Both the position numbers and the translations under genes were made by a program. A stretch of 64,000 nt of DNA, from NCBI GenBank assembly GCA_035193785.1, contig CP136572.1:2868578-2932577 (forward strand). The letters run 5' to 3'. Source of the stretch: Planktothrix sp. GU0601_MAG3. GTDB lineage: Bacteria > Cyanobacteriota > Cyanobacteriia > Cyanobacteriales > Microcoleaceae. Numbering within the stretch: the stretch's first letter is position 1; each line of letters begins with the position of its first letter. Below, piece after piece: positions 34,143 to 48,000 of the stretch. A model generated the notes under the pieces. That model saw only the letters and a list, made by a program, of their open reading frames with translations, was not told the DNA's origin and ran no database searches.

Positions 34143-35222
34143 ATGACAAATCCTGCTCCCCCCGAAATTAATCCCAATCTTTGGCCGCAATTATTACAAC
34201 AACTGTTAGACCGCCAATCCCTTGACCTAACCCAAGCCTCACAATTAATGCAGGGATGGCTCTTAGAAACAGTTCCCCCCGTCATGACCGGGGCGATTTT
34301 GGCGGCGATACAAGCCAAAGGCGTCTCCGCTACGGAATTAACCGGAATGGCCTCGGTTTTGCAATCCTTTGGTTCCTCGGATACCCCCACAAAAAACCAT
34401 TCCGGCATCATTTCTAACTACCGTGTGATTGATACCTGCGGCACCGGAGGCGATGGGGCCTCCACCTTCAATATTTCCACCACCGTAGCCTTTGTAGCCG
34501 CGGCGGCGGGGGTTCCGGTGGCAAAACATGGAAATCGTTCCGCATCGAGTAAAGTTGGCTCTGCGGACGTATTAGAAGCCTTGGGCGTGAACCTCAAAGC
34601 CCCCAGCGAAAAAGTGAAACAGGCGTTATCAACTGTCGGAATCACCTTTTTATTCGCCCCGGGTTGGCATCCCGCCCTCAAAGCCGTTGCCCCCCTGCGT
34701 CAAACCCTGAAAGTCCGAACCGTATTTAACTTATTAGGGCCCCTGGTCAATCCCCTATACCCCACCGGACAAATCATTGGGGTTTTTAATCCGACAATGC
34801 TCCCGATTATTGCTGAAGCCTTAAACCAATTGGGTACGGAAGTTGCGATCGTTTTACATGGACGGGAAAAACTTGATGAAGCGGGATTAGGAGATATCAC
34901 CGACTTAGCGATTTTATCCCAAGGAGAGGTTAAAACAGCCACTCTCAACCCCCAGGAATTCGGGTTAACTCCCGCCCCTCTAACAGCCCTGAAAGGGGGA
35001 GAAGTGGAGGAAAACTCAGAGATTCTAAGCAATTTATTACAGGGAAAAGGCACAAAACCGCAACAAGATGTGGTGGCTCTAAATGCCTCTTTAGCCCTAC
35101 AGGTTGCGGGCGTTGTACCCATGGGCGACCATCAGCAAGGAATCCGTTTAGCTCAAGAGATTTTGCAAAGTGGGGCGGCTTGGTCAAAACTGGAAGAATT
35201 AATTAAATTTCTTCAGGATTAA
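34143..35222 (+). CDS. trpD: Anthranilate phosphoribosyltransferase
   Basis: [30 protein letters not shown] and [10 protein letters not shown] motifs. Confidence 0.97.
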   Translation: MTNPAPPEINPNLWPQLLQQLLDRQSLDLTQASQLMQGWLLETVPPVMTGAILAAIQAKGVSATELTGMASVLQSFGSSDTPTKNHSGIISNYRVIDTCGTGGDGASTFNISTTVAFVAAAAGVPVAKHGNRSASSKVGSADVLEALGVNLKAPSEKVKQALSTVGITFLFAPGWHPALKAVAPLRQTLKVRTVFNLLGPLVNPLYPTGQIIGVFNPTMLPIIAEALNQLGTEVAIVLHGREKLDEAGLGDITDLAILSQGEVKTATLNPQEFGLTPAPLTALKGGEVEENSEILSNLLQGKGTKPQQDVVALNASLALQVAGVVPMGDHQQGIRLAQEILQSGAAWSKLEELIKFLQD

Positions 35223-35224
35223 TA

Positions 35225-38200
35225 TTATTTAACTGGGTTTTGCTCCGGTAAAGCTAGGGGAACAGCAGGTTGAATTGGCGAGACTTTAAAGACATCTCTT
35301 AATGCTTCTTCTAAGGTCGGTCGCATCACAACTCGGTTTTCACTAGCGACAATTACTCGAACTAAGGTCGGTAAACTATTTTCCTCTGCTTCTAAATATA
35401 AAGGTTCCACATAAAGTAGAGATTGTTCAATGGGAATCACTAATAAATTGCCTTGAATTACCCGGGAAACCTTGACGACTCCAGAGGGAAATCTGCTCAG
35501 AAATTTCGGGTTCTTGGTTAATTAAGGCTTCTAACTGTTCCGGGCCAAAAATTAGGCGTTGTTTGGGGAAACGATATAACAGTAAACTGCCATAATGTTC
35601 GAGATCAGAGCGAGCGGCTAACCAGGCGACTAAGTTATTCCGACTAGCGGGAGTAAAGGGAAGCATCAGCATGAATTCCTCTGATTTTTCCATTGGTAAT
35701 CGCATGATTAAATAATAGGGTTCCATCGGTTGTTGTTTACTTGCATAAATTTCTGCTGGAACCCGCCAGAGGTCTTCCCGATTATAAAAAACAATCGGAT
35801 CACTCATGTGATAAGTGAGTAAATGTTGAGATTGAACACTAAATAAATCAACGGGATAGCGAATATGTTTACGCAGGGCGATGGGCATTTCTTGAATAGA
35901 ATTAAACAAATCAGGAAAAACCTGTTTTAGTGTGGATATGATCGGATCTTTATTTTCCTCTAATGAATAGAATTTAACCGTACCATTATAAGCATCAATA
36001 ATCACCTTCACCGAATTTCTAATATAGTTAAATCCCGCCCCTTCGGGATCGGAATAGGGGTACATATTACTGGTGGTATAAGCATCAATCATCCAATATA
36101 AATAATTATGATCCACAGAGGAGGAATTAGAGTCAGCAACCACAATATAGGGGTTACTATCATAATGGAGAAAAGGAGCGATCGCCTTTACCCTTTCTAG
36201 GATATTACGCCGAAAGAGTAACTTAGTTTCCGGGGTGAAGTTATCGGTAAATAACATTTGCCAATTTTTTAAATAATAGGCAAATAAAAACCGTTTCCAT
36301 CCGGTGCCAATCACAATTCCACCCTCACCATCATAGATATTATAAACATTCTCATTCCCTAGGGGAAAATCTAGTTCTTGCACTTTAGTAGAAGTCATGA
36401 TTTGAGTATTAGTCAATAAACCGTAATAAAGTCGAGGCTTACCAATCGGAATAATATTTTTAATTCTAGGAGAAACTTCTAAGGTAGTATCGGGATCTAA
36501 TCGGGGATCAGCACCAATATTTTTCACAAAAAATTCAGGAAGACCGCCCTCCGCAACCCGATTCACAGGAGAAAGCGTAAAACCATAACCATGGGTATAA
36601 ACCAAATGTTCATTAACCCAAGTCTTGGCTTTTTCCGGGACTAATTCATAATTTAATTCCCGAGGGGCGATCAGTATACCTGTTGTTTTTGTAAACCCGT
36701 ATTAAACTTTCCTAAAAACTTATCGGGTAAAATCGAATACCGATCATAATCAGCATCGGAAAATTCATAATAGAGGCGAATTTGTTGTAATTGACGATTG
36801 GTTTGTAATAACGGTCGTTTATCCCAAAGACGAATATTATCGATGGTTAAATTATTATTTTGAATATCGGTATAACTTAATTTAGCATTGGGATCAAAAG
36901 TTTCAACATTAATTTTATCTAAATTAAAGCCTTGGCGAGTGTACTTAATACTCCGCTTAATATAGGGTAATTCTCGCTCTAATTGGTTAGGTTGAACAAT
37001 TAACTGTTGAACTAAATTGGGTACAATATTGGCGACTAGAAGACTCAGCCCTAAATACCAAGTAAATATTACTCTAAGGGAATAGCTATCTGCAAATAAT
37101 TTATCTCGGCGGGAATTTCGGTTTTTAATTAGAGATAGCACCCCTATTTTTCTTAAAAAAATATCAATATAGGGTCTAACTTTTTTGACCGAAAAAAGAG
37201 ATTGCCAGATCAGAAAAATAGAAAGCAATAGGGCAATTATACATAATAATAAATAACCAGGCTTTAAGATATTGACATCAGTAAAATCTGCCCCAAATAC
37301 CACCCCCTGGGTGGAGTACAAAAGTTCATAACGAGCTAACCAATACCGCATGGCACAACTAAACATCAGAAGCCCTGCCAGTCCGTGCAGGTGACGTTGC
37401 TGGGGTTGGGAAAAACTGGGAAACCGCCCTTGACTGAGACTATTTCCAGAGAGCAAATATATTAAACTACAGGTAATAAAGCTAACTGAAAACAATCCAA
37501 TCAACCAAAATTCTAACAGGTGGGCAATGGGGAGACTAAAAATATAAAAGCTAATATCTCGATTTAATAAAGGCTCAATTTGGTTAAAAGAAGTAGGATA
37601 AAAATATTGTAAAAAATTTGACCAATGACTGGACAATAATAGGCTAAATCCAAAACCAAAGATTAAAGCAACAAAACTAAAAACAATTAAGGGATTCCAG
37701 AGAATGACAACACCCAAACTTAATAAAGCAGGGATTTTCCAACTATAGGCTTTAAAATTTTTAATCCATTGCTCAAAAATATGAGGTTCAAACTGAGCCG
37801 GAAGTTTAGAAAATAAAGGTTGACTCGAATCCCAATGCCAATAACTAATAAAAATCTGGCTATAATGAATAATAATCAAACCCAGCAACAGGGAGAAACC
37901 CATCACCAGCATTAAAAGTGAAGGTAATCCCAAGGAAAATCGAGGTAAATTCTGATAGGATAAATCAAAAAGATGATCGGGAGGTTTATTTTCTAAATGT
38001 TGGGGTAAATATCGATAGCGTCGAGCAATCACTAAATTTCCCATTAACCAAGCTAAGGTGACTACTAAACCCAATATAGCCAACCCAAATTCTATCAGCA
38101 ATCGTCCTTTGAAAACCGACAAATAATTAACTTCTTCAAACCAAAGAAACTCTCCCCAGAACTTAGCTATGAGATCCAGAATAAATCCCAAACCCAATCC

Positions 38201-38248
38201 CACTAAAATTACTTTAAAAAACAAATTTTTTCTCAGCATGAGATTCAA
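35225..38248 (-). CDS. UPF0182 family membrane protein, ~1006 aa after repairing 2 frameshifts
   Basis: [23 protein letters not shown] and YVEPLYL motifs; breaks at GAAAC 35466 and GTATAC 36674. Confidence 0.9.
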
Positions 38249-38417
38249 TTAAGCGATGAGAAAGTCTTAGGTTTGATTGTAACCGATCAAACCTAGATCC
38301 TGAATTTAAACAAATCCCAGGATGGAATATTACAACTCCCACTACAGACTGCTATACACCTACCAACTCAGAACGGTCTACAATCAAAAGCGTATTTAGT
38401 GGAGTTGATTACCAAAA

Positions 38418-38540
38418 ATGGATATTAAGTTAATCCTGACCGTGTTAACGGTGTTCTTTACCTTTGGCTGTCTGTTCTTTGGAACCAAAAACGGCTTCTA
38501 TAATAGCGACGATTACCATGGTAACGGTTCCGCTCATTAA
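38418..38540 (+). CDS. ndhP: NDH-1 small subunit NdhP (40 aa)
   Basis: Below the ORF-track cutoff: MDIKLILTVLTVFFTFGCLFFGTKNGFYNSDDYHGNGSAH. Confidence 0.88.
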   Translation: MDIKLILTVLTVFFTFGCLFFGTKNGFYNSDDYHGNGSAH

Positions 38541-38544
38541 TTAG

Positions 38545-38868
38545 AGGGGGAGTAGGGAGCAGGGGGAGCAGGGGGAGCAGGGGAGCAGGGGGAGGCAGGG
38601 GGAGCAGGGGAGCAGGGGAGCAGGGGAGCAGGGGAGGCAGGGGGAGCAGGGGAGCAGGGGAGCAGGGGAGCAGGGGAGCAGGGGAGCAGGGGAGGCAGGG
38701 GGAGCAGGGGAGCAGGGGAGCAGGGGAGCAGGGGAGGTAAACTCTTTCTATTCCCCATTACCCATTACCCATTACCCATTCCCCACTCGTAATTCGTAAT
38801 TCCCCATTCCCCATTCCCCACTCGTAATTCGTAATTCGTAATTCGTAATTCCCGATTCGTAATTCCCT
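38545..38868. repeat. Compound short tandem repeat tract: (GGGGAGCA)n, then CCCATTA/CCCATTC and CGTAATT heptamers
   Basis: Directly visible at 38545-38737 and 38752-38868. Confidence 0.95.
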
Positions 38869-39054
38869 ATTGGACTAGCTTTCTGGACGCTTTGTATGGC
38901 ACACTGATTGATCAAGATCAAGATCTGGGAGTAATAATCCTCTGGCCGGGATATCTGATAACACTGTTGACTCTGAGGTTGAGGTCTTCTTGACCCTTTG
39001 TGTCAGGTGGTGAGCTTGAAATCATGGTGTGTGTAGTGAACGAGGACGAAAAAA

Positions 39055-39914
39055 TTGCTACGGTCAATCAAGGGTTTTGTCAGAACTTCGGGGCGTGGGA
39101 GTCAATGGTCGCTTATCAATGACCGATTATCCCTCAAACTGAATCTGCTCAGTACATTAGTCCGAAGGGACTTAGAGGCACGATACAAAGGTTCTATTCT
39201 CGGCAACCTCTGGCCTCTGTTGAATCAGTTGTCCCAACTGCTGATTTATACCTATGTTTTTTCCATTGTTCTCAAGGTCAAACTCAATCTTGAGGGGTTT
39301 CCCGATAACGAACTAGCCTTTGGCCTGTGGCTATTTGCGGGTTTAATTCCTTGGTTTGCCTTTACAAATGGATTAATTCAAGCCGCCAGTTTTCCGTTGT
39401 TGGACAGCCGAATTTAGTCAAAAAGGTGGTTTTTCCCCTGGGACTATTGCCCCTGGTGCCTATTTTCTCCGCCTTTATTGAGAGTTCCTTTGGCTTAGTT
39501 GCCTTAATTAGCCTAACTGCCTTGTCCTCTCAAGTCTTCCACCCTACCCTTTGGTTGCTGCCGTTAGTTTGGATACCCCAAGTTTTATTAACCGCCGGGT
39601 TAGGCTACTTAACGGCCGGATTAACCGTATTTCTACGCGATATTCCCCAGAGTTTAGGCGTAATTTTGAACCTTTGGTTTTATGTGACACCGATTCTATA
39701 TCCCGTTGATAAAGTTCCTGAATCCTGGCAATTTTGGATTGTCTGGTGCAATCCGATTACTGGACTTTCAGAAAGCTATCGAGATTTAGTTTTAGTCGGG
39801 GAAATGAGACATTGGGGAGAATTAGCCATGTCCTCAATATTCGCCCTGGTTTTCTTTTGTGCAGGCCTATGGGTTTATAGACGGTTGCGTCCAGCCTTTG
39901 CTGACGTTTTGTAG
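39055..39914 (+). CDS. wzm: ABC-2 polysaccharide export permease (Wzm), ~285 aa after repair
   Basis: RDLEARYKGSILG, NLVKKVVFP and FYVTPILYP motifs; 2 extra T at GTTTTC 39389. Confidence 0.9.
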
Positions 39915-39981
39915 CGGTGACAGTTCCTCACACAACTCACACACAAACTGATCACTGATAAACCACCGAAATCAACATCGA

Positions 39982-41401
39982 ATGACCGAAATAGCTATAT
40001 CTGTTAATCACGTCTCTAAATGCTTCAAACGTTATCGCCATCCGGTCGATCGATTGAAGGAGATTTTTGTCCCAGGAAAGAGTCTGGCCCATAATTTTTG
40101 GGCTTTGCAAGATATAAATTTAGAAGTTTGGAAAGGCCAAACCCTGGGGGTTGTAGGTCGGAATGGTTCGGGAAAAAGTACCCTATTACAAATTATTGTC
40201 GGAACTTTAACCCCAACTCAAGGGGATGTGCAAGTTAATGGTCGAGTTTCAGCATTATTAGAACTCGGAAGTGGGTTTAATCCTGAATTTACCGGGCGAC
40301 AAAATGTATTTTTTAATGGTCAATTATTGGGATTAAAAACCCATGAAATTGAAGCCAAATTTGATAGTATTGCTGCTTTTGCTGATATTGGAGATTTTAT
40401 TGATCAACCTGTCAAAACCTATTCCAGTGGGATGTATGTGCGTTTAGGATTTGCGGTAGCTACCAGTGTTGATCCTGATATTTTAATTGTTGATGAAGCC
40501 TTATCCGTTGGGGATGAAGCCTTTCAACGCAAATGTTTTAGTAGAATTCATGAAATCAAAGATCGGGGCGGCACAATTTTATTTGTCTCCCATTCAGCCC
40601 CTTCAATTATTCAACTCTGTGACTCGGCTGTATTAATGGATCGGGGAGAATTATTACTCGAACATACCCCTAAAATGATCATTTCTAAATATCAAAAAAT
40701 GATCTATGCCGATGCTGATCAAATGATCATGATCCGAGATGAAATTCAACATCTAACCCGTAAATCCTCCCAAACTTTAGAGGAAATTTCCGAAGATTCT
40801 CAAAAAAATCAGTCCCATCCTAAAAACCCAGCCTCTCCCTCTCCCTCCGCCCTACCATCTTGGAATACAAAAAATGGACATTATAAAGATTATTTTGATC
40901 CCAAATTAGTTCCTGACCATCCGATTAAATATCCCTCCCGGGGGGCTGAAATTTTAGAACCCCATATCATCACTTTGGGGGGTGAAACGGTTAATCATTT
41001 AGTCGCTCGAAATAGTTATATTTACACCTATTCCGTGAAATTTGATAAACTCGCCTCCCATGTTCGCTTTGGAATGTTAATCAAAACCGTCAGTGGGTTT
41101 GAATTAGCGGGAGCCTCCTTTTTAGCCACATCTCAATCGATTAAACAGATTGAAACCCGGGACGACCATTGCCATTAAATTTAAGTTTGAATGTCAATTA
41201 TCACCGGATGTGTATTTCCTGAATGCCGGGGTTTCTGGTATTGTGGAGGGTGAATTCACCTATTTGGATCGCTGTATTGATGTCGGGATGTTCCGAGTTC
41301 AACCCTATGAAGATTCCTGTAGTACCGGAGTGGTGGACTTGTTGATTGAACCCAGTTTAAAAATCAAGTCGGGTTTAGTAAAAACAGCATCGGAACTATA
41401 G
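39982..41401 (+). CDS. wzt: Polysaccharide ABC transporter ATPase (Wzt) with C-terminal carbohydrate-binding domain, ~472 aa after repair
   Basis: GRNGSGKST, YSSGM and DEALSVGD motifs; repair at GAAAC 41152. Confidence 0.92.
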
Positions 41402-41500
41402 CAATCTGCGACGCGCGAGACGGAGGTTATAAGAATATTATCTCTGTTCCCTATTCCCTTTTTTGTGATTAAAACGCTGAAATAGAACCCTAAGAACATC

Positions 41501-44500
41501 ATGGATACAACTAACACCCTCTCCCCCATTATTATCATTGCTGGAATGCACCGTTCTGGAACCTCTTTAACCGCTTCCCTACTAAAAGATCTAGGGGTTA
41601 ATATTGGTAAACAGTTAGTTGGTGCAGACTATGGCAATATTAAAGGTCATTTTGAAAATGTTGATTTTGTAGACTTTCACAAATCTATTTTTAAAAGCAA
41701 TAATATTGATGAACTGGGGTGTTTATTCTCAGGGGAAATCTCCCTCACAGAAACAGAGATAGAAACCGCTAAAAAACTGATTGAAATTAATCAAGATTCG
41801 TCTTCAGCTTGGGGATGGAAAGATCCTAGAACTACTTTATTTTTGGACTTTTGGCATCAATTATTACCCCAGGCTAAGTTTATTTTGGTCTATCGTTCTC
41901 CCTGGGAAGTTATCGACTCTTTGTATCGTCGGGCGACGGATGCTACCTTACTAGACCATCCCGAAATTGCCATCCAAATGTGGAGCAATTATAACCGCAA
42001 AGTTTTAGAATTTTATCATAAATATCCCGATAATTGTTTATTGGCAAATGTTTATACTATTGGTAATCAAACAGCCGATTTTATTGAAAAAATTAATCAT
42101 AAATTTAATCTTAATTTACGCGGTGAATTTTCCGATAAATTTGAACCTTCCCTATTAGTAAATCGGATTTTAGCTACCCCAAAACCCCTGTTTATTAAAG
42201 CCTATTTCCCTGAAGCCATTGAACTGTATCAAACTTTAGAAGCCACTGCTTACCCCTTAAATAGCAATTTAACGGCATCGGAATTAGAGAGTTTAAATCA
42301 ACCTTTATCCACCGATTGGGTTTTTGAAGATTGGGCAAAACTCAGAAAATTAGAAAAAAATCAGTCTGTTCTAGCAAAAGATTTAGATATTTTACTCAAA
42401 GATAGAGATATTTTACACACGGATATTCAAGAATGGCAAGAACGCTTTCAAGATGCTGTTGAACGTTTAATTAAAACGGAAAATCTCCTAGGTGAAACTC
42501 AGTTAAAACTCAACAGTGTAGAAATTAAATCCGAGGAAGCTATCACCAAGTTAATCTCCACCGAAGAAGAATTAGGCAAAACTCAAGGAGAATTAGAGGG
42601 GTTTAAAACCCAATTTGAACAGGCGGTAGATAAACTCGTTACCACAGAGATAGAATTAGGTAAAACCCAAGGTAAATATCAAGATATAAATGCCCAATAT
42701 CAGGATATTGAGACTAAATATAGAGCCTTATATGCCAAATATCAAGAAATGTTGTCCCGATGTCTGCAATCAGAAACAGCCCTAGAAAAAACGGAATTTA
42801 AACTGCAAGTTGCCAGTATTCAATATCAAGATGGACTGATTAAACTCTTAACCTTAGAAGATGAATTAGGCCGCACACAACTCAAATTATTCGGAGCAGA
42901 ATCTCAATTTGAACAAGCCCTAAATAAAATATTCAGTTTAGAAGATGAAACTGGGTAAAGCTCAAGGAGAAATTATCGCCATGCGGTCTTCCAAATTTTG
43001 GAAACTGCGAGGAAAATGGCTCGGTGCTAAACGACGGTTAAAACAATTTCGCCGTCGATTTATTTACTCAATGGATTTTCCCCTAAATTGGGAATTAACG
43101 GGATTTACCGAGAAATTTTTAAATATTTCCGGTTGGTGTTTTCATACGGGAAATCAAGAAATAAAAGGGGTAAGAGCCAGAATAGGAACGGATATTTTTA
43201 ACGGAGAATATGGCATTGAACGTCAAGATGTGGGGGATATTCATGCGGCCTATCCCCAAGCAAAATCATCAGGATTTTATCTCCAAATTCGCGTTAACCA
43301 AGGCAATTCCCTAGTAGAATTAGAAGCCCAAGATAGTAATGGAAAATGGACGGTATTTGCCCGTTATCCCCTAACAATTTCTAGTTTGAGAGCCTCCTTT
43401 GATGTGCCCTCACAGTGGGAACAACGACAGGGACAAATCCTATTTGCTGGTTGGTGTTGCCATCCCAATCAGCGAATTACACAGTTAAAATTAATCTATG
43501 GCAATCAATGGGTGATTTGTGCCTATGGGTTACGTCGTGTGGATGTGGGACAGGTTTTTCCTAATTGGATTGGTAGTGCCGAAAGTGGGTTTGAAGCCTT
43601 AATTGATTTACCCCCGGGAACTTGGGAAATTCGTTTAGAAGCCCATTTAGAAAGTGGGGAAATTCTGATTTATAACTGTCCTCAAACCTTAGAAGTTTCC
43701 CGCTATGGATTATTAGAAAAAAGCACCGCCAAAGTTAAACAAGTTTTTCGTTATACGGCGGCAATTCAAAAACGAATAGGAGAACGAAAACAACGTTTAG
43801 GGCGTCTCTTACCGATGCCTTGGGAAATTCCCGCAATTCTGCGGCAAATGGGCTTGATGTATCGGCAAACAACCGTTCCTAAAGGAGATTTTCTGCCCCC
43901 CCAAGGCTTTGAATTACTGCAACCGATTGAACCCTATCAGGCTTGGTTAGCCGCCAATCAATGGACGGAACGCAGTTTAGAATCCTTAAAAACTCGGTTA
44001 ACAGTTTATTCGCCAGAAATATTGCCTAAAATTTCCGTGGTTATGCCCGTTTATAACCCCCCGATTCAATTTTTAGAAAAAGCGATTCAAAGTGTTGTTA
44101 ATCAAGTTTATGATAATTGGGAACTCTGTATTGCGGATGATTGTAGTTCGGATACCCAGGTTATCGAATTATTAAATCAATATGCCGCCAAAGATGCTCG
44201 AATTAAAGTTTGTTTGCGCAGCGAAAATGGCAATATTAGCGCGGCGACCAATAGCGCAGCGAGTCAAGCAACCGGGGAATTTATTGCCTTTTTAGATAAC
44301 GATGACGAATTAACCCCCGATGCTTTAGGGGAAATGGCATTATATTTAATCCAATATCCCGAAACCGATTTCCTCTATTCCGACGACGATAAAATTGACC
44401 CCGAGGGCAAACGATTTGCCCCCCAATTTAAGCCCGATTGGTCGCCCCAACTCTTACTTTCCTATATGTATATGGGGCATTTATTAGTAGTTAGACGAGG

Positions 44501-47500
44501 AATTTTTGAGGAATTAGGCGGATTTAGAATTGGATTTGAAGGGTCACAGGATTATGATTTTGCCCTACGAGCAACGGAAATTTCTCGCCAGATTGGTCAT
44601 CTTCCTTTAGTCCTCTACCATTGGCGCACCGCCCCCGGCTCAACGGCCGTTTCCGGGGCGGCAAAACCCGCAAGTTTTGATGCGGGAAAACACGCGATTC
44701 AAGAAGCCTTAACCCGTCTTCAAAGTTCAGGAAAAGTTTATCAACCAAATTGGGCTAGTGAAACTGAATCTAGGAATTTTTTATCATCAATTTTCTGACC
44801 AGGGGCCGTCGGTAACAATTATTATTCCGACTAAAAATCAACTTAAATTACTCCAGGCTTGTGTCGAATCAATTCAGAAAACAACCTATCAAAATTATCA
44901 GGTTGTGATTATTGATAACGAAAGTGATGACCCCAAAACCCTAGAGTATTTTAAGAAAATCGGCGACACGGAAAAAATATCCGTTTTAAAAATAGCTAAT
45001 CAAGGAAAATTCAACTTTGCTGCGATTAATAATCGGGCGGTGGAACAGGTGAATACGGATTATGTATTATTCCTGAATAATGATACGGAGGTGATTAATT
45101 CCCATTGGTTAACTCAGATGATGGGTTATGCTCGCATCCGAGGCGTAGGGGCTGTGGGGGCGCGATTAATTTATCCCGATGACCGGATTCAACACGCTGG
45201 AATACTGCATGGACTTCACCACGGTTTAGCGGGTCATGCTTTTAAATTAACCCATCGTCAAGATTTCGGTTATTTAGCCTATTCTAAAGTCGTAAGAAAT
45301 TATTCGGCGGTGACGGCGGCTTGTTTATTAACGCCCCGACAATTGTTCTTAGATTTAGGGGGATTTAATCAAGTTGATTTTGCCGTGGCTTACAATGATG
45401 TGGATTATGGATATCGATTATTTGAACAGGGTTATCAATCGGTTTATTGCCCGGAAGCGGAGTTAATTCACCGAGAAGGAACCAGTCGAGGTTATAAAGA
45501 TGACCCGCAAGAAGTGGCAAAATTCCGTCGCCAATATGCCCATAAAATTGATCCTTTTTATAACCCTAATTTATCCTTAGATAATGAATGGTTCCAAATT
45601 CAACCTCGACGTTATCAATTAAAATCAACTGTTAATTCTGCCCCCATTCCTAAAGTTTTAATGTGCAGTAATGCCTTAGAATATACGGGTGCTCCCCTAC
45701 ATCAATTTGAAATTGCTGTTAAGTTAGCCGCAGAAGGAAAACTAGAACCGACAATTTTCTGTGTTGATGATGGGCCGTTACGCTCTGCCTATGAACAGCA
45801 GGGAATTCGGGTGATTGTTCGAGAACATCCCCTAGCTAATATTTATCAACAGAAAGCCTATAATACAGCTATTGAAAGTTTAGCAAATGAACTACAACTA
45901 GAACAATTTGATCTAGTTTATGCTAATACTTTAGAAACCTTTTTTATAGTAGATTGCGCTAAACAAAAATCAATTCCTTGTGTCTGGAATATCCATGAAA
46001 GTCAGGCTTGGCAAACCTATTTTAATGGACTAGGATCAGAAATTGCAGCCCGGGCTTTAGAGTGTTTTCAATTTCCCTATCGGGTGATTTTTGTAGCCGA
46101 TGCAACCCGCAATCTTTATCAATCTTTAAATAGTCATCATAACTTTACGGTGATTCACAATGGTTTAGATATTCAACGGTTACTGAAAACATCGGAACAG
46201 CTAACTCGAATTGAAGCCAGAACCGCCTTATCAATAGCAGAAGATGAAATTGTGATTCTGTTACTGGGAACGGTTTGTGAACGCAAAGGACAAAAGGATT
46301 TACTCGAAGCGTTACCCCTATTATCAACTAATTATCATCACAAAATTCGTTGTTTTATTGTTGGCGATCGCCCCAGTATTTATAGCACCGAATTAGCCCA
46401 ATTAAAAGCCCAACTTCCCGATGCTTTAAAACAGCGATTAACCCTGGTTTCCAGAAACCCCAGAAACCGCCCAATATTTCCTGGCTGCGGATATTTTCCT
46501 CTGTACCTCTCGGATTGAAAGTTATCCCAGAGTGATTATGGAAGCCATGGGATATAACCTACCGATTATCACTACCCCCGTATTTGGAATTCCCGAACAG
46601 GTGCGTCCTGAAATTAATGGTTTATTTTACACGCCCCACCAAGCGGAAGAATTAGCAAAATGTCTAACATCACTATTAGAAAACCCGGATTTAAGACAGG
46701 AATTTTCTCAAAATTCCCAGTATGTTTTGCAGTCTCTCAATACCTTTGAAGAAATGACTCAAAGTTATTTAGAAATCTTCCAAGAAGCCTATTTTATTAA
46801 TCCCCATCCCGCCTCCCATAACTTCTCTACTCCTCGACCCATTGAATCCCTAAAGATGGAGATTAACCCCCCATCTCCGGTTACGATTTCCGCCGTCGAA
46901 GTCAATCATCCCGAGCCGGAAATTGCCGAACCTCAAGCCAAGAATTATTGGGAAACTAATCCCAACGCCGCCGCCAGTCAATGGGTTTCTAATCCAATTA
47001 TTGCTGATACCATTCATCAACGAATGTCTGGAGGTCAAACCCAGAAATATTGGTTACGGTGGTTAATTGAAGATTATTTTGTCGGTCAAAACTTTAATCA
47101 CCTGATTTCCCTAGGATGTGGTATTGGAAATCATGAAATTTTGATGGCAGAATTAGGATTTGCTCAACAAATTGATGCCTTTGATTTTTCGGAATCTTCC
47201 TTAAAAATTGCGCGAAAAGACGCTGAAAAAGCCGGAGTTAATGTTAATTTTTATCAGGAAGATTTTAATACCTTTAACCTGAATGCAGAGGTTAAATATG
47301 ACGTGGCATTTTGTTCAGGTTCTCTGCATCATGTTCGGGAACTGGAACGATTTTTAGAAATGGTTCATAAGGCGTTACATCCCCAAGGCTATTTTATTAT
47401 TAATGAATATGTTGGGGCTAATTATTGCATCTATAATAAACGCCAGGTGGAACTGATTAACCGCCTATACCAATGTTTCCATAAGTTAATTCGTTCTGGG

Positions 47501-47812
47501 ATTATGGAAAATAAATTTATTAATCCCAGTATCCATCAAGTTTTTGCCACTGACCCCTCAGAAGCGGTGCGTTCTCAACTGATTTTACCCTTTATTGAGT
47601 ATTATTTTGATATTGAACTTTTTCATCCGTTTGGGGGCGCAATTCTTCATCCTCTTTATCCTTTATTAGATCATAATCAGTTTTTACCCGGTGATCCCAA
47701 AGGAGAAACCTTAATTAAACTTTTGTTGGAATTTGAACAAATATTAATGGAAATTCCCGGGGGTTTAGAATCGGATTTCTGTCTGTGTGTATTGCGTCCC
47801 AAACGCTTTTAA
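41501..47812 (+). CDS. Giant multidomain glycan enzyme: sulfotransferase, coiled coil, two beta domains, GT2, GT2, GT4 and SAM methyltransferase, ~2102 aa after repairing 3 frameshifts
   Basis: GMHRSGTS/WGWKDPR; heptad region; ISVVMPVYN..DDCS..LDNDD; IIIPTKN..LNND; ESYPRVIMEAM; SLGCGIG. Joins at 42947, 44760 and 46447. Confidence 0.8.
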
Positions 47813-47826
47813 ATCAGTTATCATTT

Positions 47827-47999
47827 GTAGGGGCGGGTTCATCAAGATTGAGGTAATTTACAAAGATCTAAAAGAAACCCGCCCGTACCAGTCACCAGTT
47901 ATTAGTCATCAGTTTATTACCCATTACCCATTACCCATTACCCATTACCCATTACCCATTACCCATTACCCATTACCCATTCCCTGTTCCCTGTTCCCT
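47827..47999. repeat. GTAG-type REP-like palindrome followed by CCCATTA STRR
   Basis: GTAGGGGCGGGTT...AACCCGCCCGTAC (47827-47888); heptamers at 47916-47999. Confidence 0.8.
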
Positions 48000-48000
48000 A

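Noticed and set aside
47874..47878. GAAAC in the REP-like palindrome as another insertion error
   Set aside because: The arms of this palindrome are imperfect anyway, so it cannot be scored; not counted.
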